A DNA stretch of 64,000 nucleotides from the human T2T-CHM13v2.0 reference genome, Homo sapiens, in the NCBI RefSeq assembly GCF_009914755.1, contig NC_060941.1. One strand, written 5' to 3'. How positions within the stretch are numbered: position 1 is the stretch's first letter; each line of letters starts with the position of its first letter. This document shows positions 13,958 through 29,020 of the stretch, one piece after another. A program made the translations under genes and the position numbers. The notes beneath the pieces are model-generated. The model ran no database searches, was not told where the DNA came from, and was given only the letters and a program-made list of their open reading frames with translations.

Positions 13958-15195
13958 GTAACACAGTAGCCCTTTCCCCTCCTTCTGCTTTTCTCTCTCA
14001 AATGCCTTCATTCAAATATGATCAGCATCAACTCTAGGAGGGCCTTTCTGACCTTGTTCCAGAGCTGCTGTCCATGCCCTCCAAGAGCCAGCTTCTTTGA
14101 CTTGAACTGATGTTGGAGCAGCAGCTGGCGCCCTGCTTTCCTCTTTCAGGGAAGGACACATGTCAACATTCATATCTTTTCCTTAACCAAAGACCTGTGC
14201 AGAGGGAAATAAAATGCACATAAACAGCTACCCAAGTCAATGAGAAAAGGATTTTAAAATGATTAGCGGCACCAGGAGACGTCAACATGGCAACCCCTGG
14301 AGCATCCTCTGGGAGAATCTGGAACACTGACACCCTCCCTGGGAGAAAAATGTCCTTTTGTGGAACCAGCTGCTTTCCTGAGATGTCCCCTCTCTGCACA
14401 AATGTGTCTTAGTGTCACTTCCTCCCACAGCCTTCCCCTTGGAGAACAAACTACCACCGTGCTCCAGGAACTGCCTCCTCCAAATCTCCATGTCCAATGC
14501 AAGGGACACAAACCACGGGACCATTTACCCCTTAAGCCTCCTTCCCATCCATTAGCACCACCGATAAATATAAGCCTTTCTTTATTTATTTATCGTCTGA
14601 AATGATCCAGCAAAGCATTGCCCCTGGGGATTCTCATCTAGTGCCAAATAACAGCTGGGGTAAGGATATTTTACAGGGTTCCACCCTTATCACCTATATC
14701 TAAGAAAGCAATTCTAGTGCCAGAAAATAATCGCTTCTCAGTTATATGAGGGTGGCCCTGGGGTTTCATTCACAATATGTTCTTTCTGTAGACCCAGAAA
14801 GCATTGAGCTGGGGAATACAATCCTGGTTTGCGCTTCATACTCAGAGTGGACAAGGTCATGAGAAGCCACTGATTTATTTACACCCAGCTCAACCCAGAT
14901 TTCTATTTCCTTGTATGAGCTCTGGGTGACAGCCCCCACCCCCTTAACCTGCTACTCTGTCCTGCATATTCCAAATGCACACATCAGCCTGCTGTTAATT
15001 AAGTCTGGGTCTCACTTATCACCATCCCGGATTACGTAAACAGCACATCTCTCTGCACCTTCTGGCAGCCACTTGGGGCTGTATACAATGTGTGGGCTCC
15101 CTTTCCTTCACTCCCTCAGACTGAGTGGAAGAAAATATGTAGGACTAACCAAAACTTCTCAGGCACCCAGTGTCTAACCTGAGTTGTTCTTTCAG

Positions 15196-15321
15196 GTAGA
15201 AATATGGCTGAACCATGTCCTTGGTCACATGAAGGCCACTGTGAGGCATGAGATGACAGAAGGTGTAACTGCCTATGAAGAAAAGCCGAGGGAGCAGTGG
15301 CTTTTTGACCACCCAGCTCAG
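15196..15321 (+). CDS. DNAH9: DNAH9 coding exon (126 nt)
   Basis: ctttcag|GTA ... CAG|gtattc. Encodes [42 protein letters not shown]. Phase 0-0. Confidence 0.95.
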
Positions 15322-15705
15322 GTATTCTCCTAATGGGATCCCCATCCTCCATGGATGGGGCTGTCTTCCTCCGCAGCCTCCCCCAGCCTTCAGCAGCTGG
15401 TAGATATCAGGCTGGCTGCATGCTTCACAGCCAGGGAGGCTTGAATCCCAGACCACTGTGAGGGGTCAGCAGGTGGGAGCAGGGGGATTAACAATAATGA
15501 CCTAAGTCAACCCTGACCTTGGGAAATCAAGGGTGATCTCTTTTTGCCCTCATTGGCTACAGAAGGGAGAAAATGTCAACAGTTCAACTCTTTGAGCCAG
15601 CCTACTTTCTATGTGCCAAGCTCTGTGCTGAGCACAGGACACACCAGTAGGGAACAAGACAATGACACCTGTCTTGCTGGAGTTTACAGACTCATGTGGA
15701 ACTGA

Positions 15706-16056
<351 letters not shown>

Positions 16057-16884
16057 TGACAGGTGTTTTAATAGGGGAGGCTCAGGGTACTCTGGGAGCA
16101 TACAGATAGTTCATGAGGTCTGGGGACACACCCCTGAGCATATGATATGAAAGCTGAGATGTGAAGCAGGAGTTAGCAAGCTAAAAATGGGAGCAAAGAG
16201 CAACCAAGTAGGAGGAAGAGCCCAGGCTCAGAAGACAGGGTGAGCAGGTGTGTCTGAGCCAGAGTAAGCGGAGGAGGAGCAAAGGCTGCAGGTGGATTCT
16301 GGAAGCCAGTTTCTGTAGACCATGTGAGAGAGTCTGACTTGATTCTGAGATAGAGTGGAATTCCTTATAGGTTTCTCAGAAGCATAATAAGAGAGAAGCC
16401 AGACCTAACAAGAAATGTTTAAAGTAACTCTGGCTACAGTAGGCCACTCCTCCTTCCCTCAGTTAACAGTATAGTAGTAGTGTTGCTCTGTTTGGGGGTT
16501 GCAGACATTTAGTAGTCATCAAAGCCATAGAGTAGATAAGATTGCCCTTGCAAAGTATGTAGAATGAGAAGAGAGTGCAGAACAAATTCTTGAGCATCAT
16601 TCAGAGCCAGAGGAGGAGGAAGGAGGAACCAGTAAAGCAGAATAAGAAATGGTCTTTTGGGAGCAGAAGGAAAACCGGGAAACAGTAATCATGGAAACCA
16701 AGCAAGAAACTGTTGGTAGCAGGTAAGAGGTAGGAAATGTCAAACACTTCTAAGAGATGAAGCAAAATAAAGAGGATGAAGAAGGTTCATGGATAAACTT
16801 GGTGAGGCCATTTCAGGGGAGTGGTAGGGAAGGGGCCACATTGCAGGGGCTGAGGAGTGGGAAAAGGTAGAAAGTATTCACAGT

Positions 16885-17199
<315 letters not shown>

Positions 17200-18277
17200 T
17201 CACAGTGAATGTGTGTGAATAGCAGGGAGAAACTTGGCTATGAAGAAGAGAGGAGAAAGGAGTCCACACTGCAGAGAAGAAGAGGTGTTTATTAATAGTA
17301 GGATTGGAACATCCTCTCAAGTTATCCCAGTAAGGCTGCCAATGAGGGGGAGCTTCTTTAATAAAATCTAATGGGACATAAACTCAAAGGGAAAAATGGA
17401 CAAACAGAAATGGTGCTGTTTACTACGATGAGATTCTCCATTTCACAAAGGGAGTAAATCCCATCAGGCTTCCTTGTTTACCTGTATCAGAATTTTGAGA
17501 CAAGAGAATGTGTTGCCTCCTCCTATTGCAGTAAATGTCATCTAGAGTGGTGTCCCCCAAACCAAATGATACTACAGATGAGCAATGGATCTAAATTCCC
17601 CACCATGAGTAATCAAAGTTATGCATGTTCCATACAAAGCTTTCCAGCAAATAGAAGAAATATGTATTTCAATTGCTTTTTCTATTTATTTATTTTTAAT
17701 CTCTGAAAATGCAAATCATATTAACCACAATTGAATTTCAATATCTCTCATCTTGGCACTTAAAAATAGGCACTTTAAGGTTTTAAAATATCTTTAAAAT
17801 GTAGTGAAAGTATGGTAGAAGAGCAAATGTGTGCCACAGATGATCAGCAGTGGCTCACTAAATTAGGTTGTCAGACCACAGAGGAGCAGAAGACTGGGTG
17901 TCATTGGGATGGTTGGGCAACATATTGTCATCCTCCCAAGCTTGGGAAAGTTGCTACCTTTGGGAAGTAAAAGACTGATTCATCCCCGTCACAATTTCTA
18001 GAAGGCACCGGCCTTGATCAGAGTCAATCTTGGGTTCTTCTCAACCGAATGATACATTTTTTCAGGAGCAGAAAGTGCTTTTCCCACCTGTACCGCAACA
18101 ACTTCACACCTTCAAGGGTTTAGAGCATATGGTTCACTTAGTCAGTGCTGGTGGAAGAGGGAGGGATGGGGCTCATGTCACCCACACAATTACATCCTGA
18201 GCCCTTGCTGTGTGATGAGTGGGTTGGTTGGAAACAGCCATGATAACAGCTTTACTAGGCAACTCTTGCTGCCACAG

Positions 18278-18517
18278 GTGGCCCTGACCTGTACTCAGAT
18301 CTGGTGGACAACAGAAGTGGGCATGGCATTTGCCAGGCTGGAGGAAGGCTATGAGAGTGCCATGAAGGACTATTATAAGAAGCAAGTGGCCCAGCTCAAA
18401 ACCCTTATCACCATGCTGATTGGCCAGCTCTCCAAGGGAGACCGGCAGAAGATTATGACTATATGCACCATCGATGTGCATGCCCGGGATGTGGTAGCCA
18501 AGATGATTGCTCAGAAG
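18278..18517 (+). CDS. DNAH9: DNAH9 coding exon (240 nt)
   Basis: gccacag|GTG ... AAG|gtgggt. Encodes [14 protein letters not shown]...[23 protein letters not shown]. Phase 0-0. Confidence 0.96.
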
Positions 18518-18619
18518 GTGGGTCCCAAACATCCAGGGATGCCCACTTTTGTGTACAGCTACACTGAGAACAGCACATACAGCCAAAATATGGGGGCCCC
18601 AGGGTCTGTACAGCACTGA

Positions 18620-18930
<311 letters not shown>

Positions 18931-19100
18931 TAGAACCCTGTAATCAGAGCAGCTTGTGCTTTCTATGCTGTGGTGGCCACAGCATGCTGCACACTTTAGC
19001 AGCAGTCAACAGCCAAGGCATCAGACCCCTATGTGTCTTGTGGCCAAGGGACTACCTGCTGCCTATGATTCACCCACCTACTCTACCACTCTCTCTTTAG

Positions 19101-19261
19101 GTAGACAATGCCCAGGCTTTCCTCTGGCTGTCTCAGCTGCGCCATCGTTGGGATGACGAGGTCAAACACTGCTTTGCCAACATCTGTGATGCCCAGTTTT
19201 TGTATTCCTATGAGTACCTGGGAAACACACCTCGCTTGGTGATCACACCTTTGACTGACAG
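19101..19261 (+). CDS. DNAH9: DNAH9 coding exon (161 nt; start of AAA1)
   Basis: ctctttag|GTA ... GACAG|gtgagc. Encodes [53 protein letters not shown](R). Confidence 0.96.
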
Positions 19262-19649
19262 GTGAGCACTGGTGTCAACCACTGACAGCCTTACTGCTGT
19301 CTGGTTCAGGCCAGCTAGTGGGCATCTAGGGTCAAAGTCCCTGTCACTTGCTATTTGTCCATAGAGCTACAGGGAAAGGGCCTGACTCAACACAGCCTGT
19401 TTAAAGTGAAACTGAAAGGATGTAGGGCAGAGCCTTTCTTGGAACAAATCCCAGAGCAAATCAATGAGCCGTGACTTTTTGAGGAATTACTAAATGGTCA
19501 TACACACCCGAGTTCTAACACCAGCCCTAACACATACCAGCTGTTTGATTATTAAAAACATTGACCTAAGTTTTGGTTTCCTCATCTGTGAAATGGAAGT
19601 GGTAACTCACAACTTCCATGATTATTGTAAGGATTAAAGACAGTAACGT

Positions 19650-19950
19650 TGGGAGGGAGAGTAGGAGGGTGATGAAGAGAGGTAGGTTAACAGATACAAA
19701 CATACAATTAGATAAAAGTATAAGTTCTGTCATTCAACAGCAGAATAGCATGACTATAGCTAGCAACAGTGTATTGTATATTTCATAGTAGCTAGAAGAG
19801 AGAACTTCAGTTATTCCCAATACATAAAAATGATAAATACTCAAGATGATGAATAACTCAAATACCCTGACTTGATCATTACATTCTATGCATGTAATAA
19901 AATATCACATATACCCCATAAATATGTCAAATATGTATCAATTTAAAAAG
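19650..19950 (+). mobile_element. L1MA-type LINE-1 3' end
   Basis: ...atacaattagataaaag...tattgtatatttc...ccctgacttgatcattacattctatgcatgta...aatatcacatataccccataaatatg, typical L1MA 3'UTR. Confidence 0.75.
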
Positions 19951-22033
19951 CATACTGGTAACCCCCTCACCTCCATTTACAAAACACAAAGAAGTATTTC
20001 TCTCTATATTCATTAAAGTTAAGAAATATACCATGGAATGTTATACTGCACAAAGATTATAATAACTTTCTAAAACGATTCTCTTGAAAATGTCATGGTG
20101 CAATTTAATGAAGAACTCTTAAGTAAGTGAATAATGTATTTTGCTTTCCAGGCATATTTATAAAAATAAATATGGTTCATTAAAACAAGCACATAAAAAA
20201 GACAGTAATACTCCTAAGGAGGTTAGTATATAAGTGCTCAGTAATCGATCCCTATTATTATTTTCTTGTCAATCAATTGATCAATTAACTGGCACATTTA
20301 TTCAGTACCTCTTACCTGGGAATGCAAAGAAATAAGCAAGGTAGTTCCAACCATTTAGGAGCTTGCATGTTTTTTTAGAAAGACAGTATTTCCATCACTT
20401 ATATTAATTCACACATGAATGAATTCACGCCAGACACTGAACAAGTCACTGGGAATACTAAGATGACTAAAACATTTTCTGCCCTTAAACTCCAATTCTA
20501 ATGAGGGAAATAAGACATATGTAGATAAAAATTTAAATATCACCAAGGGGAAAAGTACAAGGCCATAGTATAAAATAAGGTACGAGGCCATATGCAACAA
20601 ATTTCCAAGCAGGTGACTCAGCAGAAAGCCCTTTGAGCACAGAGGGCCCCACTCACAGTAGAAGGAAAAGAACTGGAAAGGCTTCAGGGAAGAGATGGTA
20701 TTTGACCTGGAGCGTGAAGGATGTATTGGATTCCAGTAGGATTTAAATAGGTTATGAGATTACTGTCCAGGTGTCCATGAAATTGTATAGAAATCTGTTC
20801 ACACGTAACTTTTTTCTATTAAGAGGATATACAGCATTCATTAATTGTTAAAATGCTATGCATCCCCAAAAGTTAAGGAGTTACTGATAAACATTGCTGG
20901 AAAATGGCATATTGGTGGCAAAGTCACAGACATGGGAAAACTCAAGATATGTTCCTGGAAGAGGGAGTTCCGACTTTGGGGGAGGTAGTCAGCCATAAAG
21001 GAGTCAGAATATAAAGTATGAAGAATATATTCTTTATCCAGTAAGTAGTGATAAACTATTGAGAAATTTCATCAGAATGTGAAATCTGTACTTTATGAAG
21101 ATTCATCTGACAGCACAACACAGGTAAAGGACAGTGAGGGCAGAACAATAAGTCATGATGCATGGGAGAAATGATATTTTAATTCCACTGAGATTTCTGT
21201 AAATTCTGCTGGGAGTTCATACCCTTTCCTTGTAATTCCATTGAACATTAAACCTCCTCTTCCCCAAAAGGAATTGTATGTCTGAATAACTGGTTCACTG
21301 AGATGAATGACTTGTAGGTAATGAAGAGATTGTCAGAAATTGTGAGTTACAGTTAAAATGACCAGATAGAATCTGTGCTATTTTTTGACTTTTCTCTTTT
21401 CCTGTTCTCAGTGATATCACTTGTATTTTAGTCAAATCCTCAAATATATTTCCAAGTATTTGATAAATATTTCCAATTCAGTTAAATTGCAGTCACTGTG
21501 TTCATGGAATGAATAGGACATGGAAAATCCAAAGTAAGTACTTGAAAATCCCAGCACGATTCATAGCTCAACACCTCATAGCTGAAGCATGATGGTCAAG
21601 ATAATTCCTCTGCTTTTTCATTTCTTTAATTCATTTTCCTCCCCAGTCTGGAAGGGGAGAGGAGAGTCCGACTCGAACTGCTTCCCTCTTACTCTGTATC
21701 TCTCTTTTTTGTGATATCCCTTAGAGGGCACATCACTGTCTCCAGTGGCTCTCCACTCTGCATGGACCAAAATGTGAACTCTGCATGAGACTTGGTAGTC
21801 CCCATCAGCCACCCTGATGACTCACTCCCTACACTCCAACTACATGGCCTCCTTTCTGTTCCTTGATCACCTGGAGTTCATTCCACCTCAGCACCTGCAC
21901 ACACATGCTTTCCTCTGCCTGCAATGCCATTCTCAAGGCCGTCTGTTCCACTGGTACCGTCTCATGCTTTTGTTCTACTCTCTGTCCTCAGAGGCCTTCC
22001 CTGACCACTGTTTCTAAAAGGCAGCCTCTCCCA

Positions 22034-22034
<1 letters not shown>

Positions 22035-22115
<81 letters not shown>
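22035..22115. repeat. Compound (CA)n(GA)n microsatellite
   Basis: About 17 CA units followed by about 23 GA units, uninterrupted. Confidence 0.97.
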
Positions 22116-22116
<1 letters not shown>

Positions 22117-25100
22117 AGGTAACCCTGACAGAGCCTCTGTTGATCTTAATGTTTCCCCCATTCTGAAATGGCCTGGCTTGCCTCCTCCTTGTTGGCATTC
22201 CCCTTTGGAATGTAAACCTCTAGCAATCAAGAACCTTTGTCTATCGTGTTTGCTGTTATGTCCCCAGCCCCTAGTAAGTGTTGAATTAATAATCATCAAA
22301 TGAATGAATGACATTTAAATATTGAGGACCCAGATCATAAGATTAGACAGAATCAAGCAAGGGAAGTTGACTTAGGGGCAAGGTCTGTCCAGGACTCTGT
22401 CTGTGTGTCTGTCTGTGTCTTGGCTCCCAGTGAAGAAGAAACAGCTACTCTGTGTTTTGCTCTTAGCTGGGAATCCATCTTCCTCCCTACCTCAGCTTAA
22501 GACAAATGCAAATAGCACCTCTGCAGAGGGAGATGTCGATCTCTCTGTAGCTAGATGGTAAAGGAAGTAGCAACTGGAGTTGGGGGTGGGGGGCGTGGAG
22601 TCTTAACAGGTGTTACTTGGGCCAATTAGTTGGAGGAGCTCATCCTGTCTGGGTTAAAGGAAAAGTGGTTCCCACCTTTTCATTCAGACTGGACTCCTCT
22701 AGTATCTGTCTTTAGGGCCATTCTCAGTCATTAGCAGGAAGGAGGTCCTGTACAGTCAGTCTTCCCTACTGCAGTGAGGTCTGCCTATCTTGGAATATAA
22801 GCTAATAGTTTGGGAGTTTATACCACTTGGGACAGAATAATGAAGCCATTATGTATTTGGGCAATTTGATAAATCTATCCCCCGCTCTAGACTGTATGTT
22901 CCGAGATAACATTGACCTTCATTTCTTCTCTACTCCCAGGACCTAGCACTGTGTCTAGCACACAATGGGCACTCAAGAAATACTCCTTGAGTGAATGCAA
23001 TGAAATGATTCCTGAGCCTCTAGATAGGGATGTGCCCGGCCTTCAGAATATTTCCATCCTTTCCACCAACATATCAGACATTATCATTCCAAGTGATAAA
23101 AAGTACAAGATTTGTCTTTTCCCTGGGCCTTCGCAGTCGCCCAGGAATTGAAGATAATTACCTCTTTTGGATTTAGAGGTCTCTAGTATACTAGTGCTGA
23201 ATACCTTATAGAGGGAAAGGGTAAAGTTTCGACAATGCATTATTTCTGAAATAGGGATTTATGGCCTCTACTGTGAAATGATGCAAATAAGAACTTGAAA
23301 GGAAGGTTAGCTAAAATAATGGTGAATACTATACAGACCTTCACCTTGTTTGCGCATTAGTTGCTTTTCTGACAAAGTAGTATGTAGCTGAATACTTATA
23401 TGGCAAATTGCATTTTCTCATTGACTTCCATTATTATCTCAAGAAATGTTTTTTGCACAGAAAAAAATTGGCCTCAACATAGAAAATCACATTTTAAAAA
23501 GCATTCAGCTTTTACTGGTGTGTAGCCTAAGTACATTTAATTCTCTCCTGCCCGAAGAATTAATCAAATGGACAATTGATCCATACAACCTTTGCACATT
23601 CATTAAAAGCTCACCCGTTTTACAGTACATCCAAATGATTATGCCTGTTTCTTTGGAATTTCCCACTGCCTGGATGGGACTTGAATATATAAATAGGTGC
23701 GATGGTTCAGCCCTTGTCACAGGATTTCGGCACCACACTAAGTTGAAGAACTAAATGGAAATGTTTTTTCAGGCTGAACAAAAGCAATTCTCATAAGTCG
23801 TTTCTCGACCTTTGGATGATCTCCTCCTGCTTTGCTCCCCTTCCTTCACCTTCACACACAAATGCACCTTTCTGCCCTGTGCTGTGTTAAGTACTGTTTT
23901 AATCAACTGCTTATCAATGTTGAGTACCCCTTAATTTCTCAGGAACTCCTGCAAGTAGGTGAAATATAATTGATGCAAGAGTCTTTCAAGGTGATTTTCT
24001 GGGCAAGGACACAGCTAGCAAAAGTCGTATGCTCTCTCTTTAAGTTTTTCTCTCATGTTTTTGCTGGAGAAAATTTGGAAAGGTTAGTATTCTGTACAAA
24101 AGAAAATAAAAGTCACCCATAGATAGCCATTGTTAATATGTAGTTTGTTTCATTCTACATGTAGAATGTTGAAAACTGAAACTGAGATCATATCTTATAT
24201 ATAAAACTTCACAGATTGCTTGTTTTATTTAACATTATATTATGTATATTCTCTAAATATTTTTCTAAAACACTCTAATGGCTGAATTATAGTCTATTTA
24301 TAAGTATCCCATAATTTATGTAACATAACCATATTATGGGTTATTTAAGTTACATCTAAGCTTTCACTATTAAAAATAAAGCTGTATGAACTCACTTGTA
24401 TGTACAATTTTAAGCAAAAATTTTGTATTTTTCCTTAGGATAGATTCCAAGAAGCAGAATAATTAGATGACACATACTTTCAAATCGTTCGTGAAAAACT
24501 GTTATTCCTACTCTCACTAGTAGTTTATTAAAGTATTAATTGCACAACACCCTGACTAGCATTAAGTATTACTGTTACTTTATTACTTTTATTATTCAAA
24601 ATTGTATCAAGTTTGGATTTGGATGTCATTAATTGCTCATAGGTTGAACATTTTTATGTGTTTATTAGCTATTAGATTTTCTTCTCCTGTTAATTATTTA
24701 CTACTGTTATTGCCCGTTTTTCTCTGGGTTATTCTTTTATCACTTCTGTGGTTAGAAAATCCATGTTTATTTTAAGATCAATTTAATATTGCACTATATT
24801 TCATTCTAGCCTAGTTTATTTTAATTTTTCCTTTAACCTGTTTTAATCATTTAGGAAATCTTTTGATTACTGAGTAAAGTGAGTCAAAACATTTTTGTGA
24901 AAACATTTTCAGTTACCAGTGATAGAAGTGGCCGAAAAAAGACTTATCTCACACATCTGGAAAATGAGTCCAGCTTGCTGCAGTAATAACCAGCTCTGGG
25001 ACCTAAACTAGGAGATATCAGGGTTTAAACTCTCTCATATATCATGACTTTGCTTCTTCTGAATGTTGACTTATTTCTTGCACAGGCTGGAAAGATGGTC

Positions 25101-25920
25101 TCTATGCCTATGCCTTTATAACTTCTGACTCAGAAGGAAGATAGACCCTCTCTTGCCTGGCAGGTATAGCAGATTCCTTGAGGGAGGTCTCTGATTGGTC
25201 CTATTTGGATCATGTGCCCATCTCTGAGCCAGTCGCTGCAGCCAATGAGATTGAGTATTTTGCCCATCCTGAGCCTCGTCCCCCAGCCCCAAGGATAGGA
25301 AAGGTATGACTGACAGCCCATCAGAATACAAGCTGTGGAGGAGAGATGGCTCTCCAAAGGGTGATATTCTGGGCAAAGAAATCCCACAGGAATGACAGTG
25401 GGGAGTATATAATGTTATTTCTTTTGTTTTCAAAGTGACTAGTGGGCTTAATGTTTTTTGGTGAGTAATCAGTTCTTCTTAATGATTTATGATGTTTGCT
25501 CTACCATATTTGAAGTTCTAAGTTCATCAGTCTACCTCAAAACTATGTATTCTGTTCCATCAGTCTATCAGTCCCTCTCTGTGCCACAGTATTTAAAGAT
25601 GTTTGCTTTATCCTGAGTTGTAATATTTGTAGGGTAAAGCTCTGCATCATCTACCTTCATTTCCACTTTCTTTTTTTTAGCACTTCTGTTTCTTCTTTCA
25701 AATGACAAATTCAAAAATATAAACCACTGGGGTTTTTGATTGGCGTGCCTTAATACTTTCAACTTCATTTGGAAGAAACAGCCATCTTTATAATATGTGG
25801 TATATTTCTGTTTATTCATATGTGCAATCATGTTTTTTGGAAAAGTTTATATTTTGGTTATTTCTGAATGTGATCTCTGGGTCTTTTTAAAGTTGTAGTT
25901 GCTATAGAAGATTTTGTTTT

Positions 25921-26153
25921 TATTATATATATTTGTATATATATTTGTATATATATTTAAATATATATATTTATATATAAATATATATATTTATATATAT
26001 TTATATATAAATATATATATAAATATATATATTTGTATATATATATAAATATATGTATTTATATATAAATTTTAATTTATATAAATTTATTAATATTATT
26101 ATTCAATAATAAATATATTAAATTTATAATATAAATTTAAATTTATATAATTT
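25921..26153. repeat. (TA)n-rich low-complexity tract
   Basis: Directly visible interrupted (TA)n. Confidence 0.95.
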
Positions 26154-26174
26154 TAAAAACTCCCATATTTTTTA

Positions 26175-27620
26175 GGTTCACTCATGGCAGAGCATGTGTC
26201 TGTAGTTGGTTATTTTTTAATTTCTGAATAATATTCCATTTTATAGATATACCACATGCTCTTTATCCATTCAACCGATGGACACTTAGATGATTTTCAG
26301 CTGAGGCTGTTATAAACAATACCGCTCTGAATGTTTGTGTACAAGTCTTTGTGTGGACATGTTTTCATTGCTCTTAAGTGAATACTAGGAGGAAAATTGT
26401 TATGGTACTTTTGTGTTTAACTTCTCGAGAAACTGATAAGCTGTTTTCTAAAGTGGCTGCACCATTTTACATTTACACCAACAACATGTGAGGATTCCCA
26501 TTTCTCCACATCCTTGACAATATTTACTATTGTCCGTTTTATTTCTTTATAGCCATTCTGGTGGCTGTTAAGTAATATGACATTTGGACTTTAATTCGCA
26601 TTTTTCTAATGATTAATGATGTTGAGCAACTTTTCACATGCTTGTTAGCCATTCATGCATCTTCTTTAGTGTAATAATTGCCCATATCTTTTGCCTATTG
26701 TTTGGTCTGTCTTCTTATTATTGAGTTTGAGAATTCTTTGTATATTCTGGATATGTTGCAAATGTGTTTGCAGATATTTTGTCCCAGTCTTTGCTCATTT
26801 TTTTTTTCTTAAAAAGCTTTAAGAAAAAAAATGAGTTATTTAAAAAAAAAAACTTTTATTTTAGGTTTTGGGGTACCTGTAAAGGTTTGTTACAGAGGTA
26901 AACTCATGACATGGGGGTTCGTGGTACAGATTATTTCAACACCCAGGTATTAAGTCCAGTGCCCATTAGTTATCTTTTCTGCTCCTCTCCTTCCCTCACC
27001 CACCCCACCAAGTAGACTCTAGTATCTGTTGTTTCCTTCTTTGTGTTAATAAATTCTTATCATTTAGCTCCCACTTATAAGTGTGAACATGCGGTATTTG
27101 GTTTTCTGTTCCTGCATTAGTTTGCTAAGGATAATAGACTCCAACTCCATCCATGTTCCTGCAAAAGACATGATCTCTTTCTTTTTTATGGCTGCATAGT
27201 ATTCGGCGGTGTATACGTACCGTATTTTCTTTATCAAATCTGTCATTAATGGACATTTAGGTTGATTCTCTGTCTTTGCTTTGTGAATAGTGCTGCAATG
27301 AACATATGCATGCATGTGTCTTTATGGCAGAATGATTTATATTCCTCTGGGTATATACCCAGTAATGGGATGGCTGGGTCAAATGGTAGTCCTGCTTTTA
27401 GCTCTTTGGGGAATCATCATACTGCTTTCCACAATGTTTGAGCTAATTTACACTCCCACCAAGAGTGTATAAGTGTTCCCTTTTCTCCTCAACCTCACCA
27501 GGTTAATGGTGTCTTTTGAAGTGCAGACGTTTTGAATTTTGATGAGGTTCAACTTATGAATTTTTATTTTATGGACCATGCATTTGGTGTTTTATTTAAG
27601 AAATCTTTGCCTAACTTCAT
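26175..27620 (-). mobile_element. Old L1M fragment with a nested primate L1 (L1P) 3' end at ~26850-27500
   Basis: Antisense ORF2 C-terminus (ORF 27064-27315, ...EYYAAIKKKEIMSFAGTWMELESIILSKL...) and L1 3'UTR motifs. Confidence 0.8.
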
Positions 27621-28451
27621 TTTATCTTTAACTTTCTTTTCACTTGTGTACAGGAGAAAAAATGATTTTTGTACAATATATTTATCTTCCATTCTACTCA
27701 TTTACTACCCTGTATTACAAATTCTAAAAGTTTTACTCTTGATTTTCTTGGGTTTTCTAAATCACTCCTAGAATTTCTAATCATATTTGAGACAGACAAA
27801 TAATGAGAAGTGTAATTATAACTACTCAAGTTTAGTTACTAGGCATGCTATAATTTTTGCTAGAGAGATGATATGGGTGGCGTTGCTCTCAGTTCTGTCA
27901 CATTTTGAGAAAGACATTTACCAATTAGCATAGGCAAAGGAAAAGATGAGCACTGGATGATGAAGAATCTCATAACCAGTTGGTATAAGGAACAGATCCT
28001 AGAATTGGGGGCATTTATGCTAAGAACAAAAAATTTTCAAAGTTTAAATATTAAAGCGTTATCAAAGGAACGGATTTGTTTTAGGTTAGTGCAAAGGAAA
28101 TTTCTATTAATGCGATTTCTCACGTTGAGCTTGAAACCTATTGAAAGCTCTGGGTCTTTTTCACATGGATTTTCATCTACCCACATCTCCTCCAGTCTGC
28201 ATGTATCCAAGTGGTTGGAAGATTACTTTACATTCATCCCTCTTAAATTGGATTTTGTTGGGTCTGTCCCATCATTTTTTCACTGTTAATATTATTTAGA
28301 AATTTGTTCTATCGTCTATCTAGTAATTATTTCTTAATTCAAGTTATGAGTGAAGACATTAAACATCAGTGAGCTGAGTATGCCTCGGAGCCTCCCTGAA
28401 GGTAGATACTGTTGCATTCATGGTCACTCCTCAGTTATGGTTATTGAACCA

Positions 28452-29020
28452 TGTGGTAGACAGAATTCTACAAATGATCTCTAAGGACCCTCACCCTTCT
28501 ATAGTCTCTTCCCTTTTGAGTGTGAGTAAAAACTGTGACTGTGATGATATTATTCCCATGGTTGTGTATTGTTATATGGCAAAGGAAAATTATTTAGGTA
28601 GACTTAATATAATTATATAAGCCCTTAAAAACAGAGCTTTCTCCTGGCTCCCCAGCCAGCAGAAGGGGAAGTCAGATTTGAGGCATGAGAAGAATTTGAC
28701 ATGCCATAGCTGGTTTTGAAGGTGGTAGGGGCTGTGTACAAGGTGGCAGAACAGCCTCTAGGAGCTGAGAGATCCCCTGGCCAACAGGGACCTCAGAAGT
28801 GAATTCTGCCAAGAACCTGAATGAGCTTGGAAGTAGACTCTACCCCAAAGCCTCCAGATAATAGTCCAGCCCAGCCAACACCTTGACTCTGGCCTTGTGA
28901 GACCCTCAGCAGAGAACGCACCTGGACTTCTGGCCCACAGAAGTGTGAGATAACGAGGGATGTTCTTTTAAGGCACTGAGTGCGTGGTAATTTGTTACAC
29001 AACAATAGAAAATTAATACA
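28452..29020 (+). mobile_element. MLT1 (MaLR) solo LTR
   Basis: tgtggtagacagaatt start; gaatgagcttggaagtaga..., ttgactctggccttgtgagaccct, end tttgttac...aattaataca. Confidence 0.75.

Noticed and set aside
15191-15201. Eight of 13 exons begin with GT (AG|GT), suggesting recursive splice sites
   Set aside because: Largely explained by Val codons at phase-0 junctions and the proto-splice consensus; the reconstituted donors are mostly weak.
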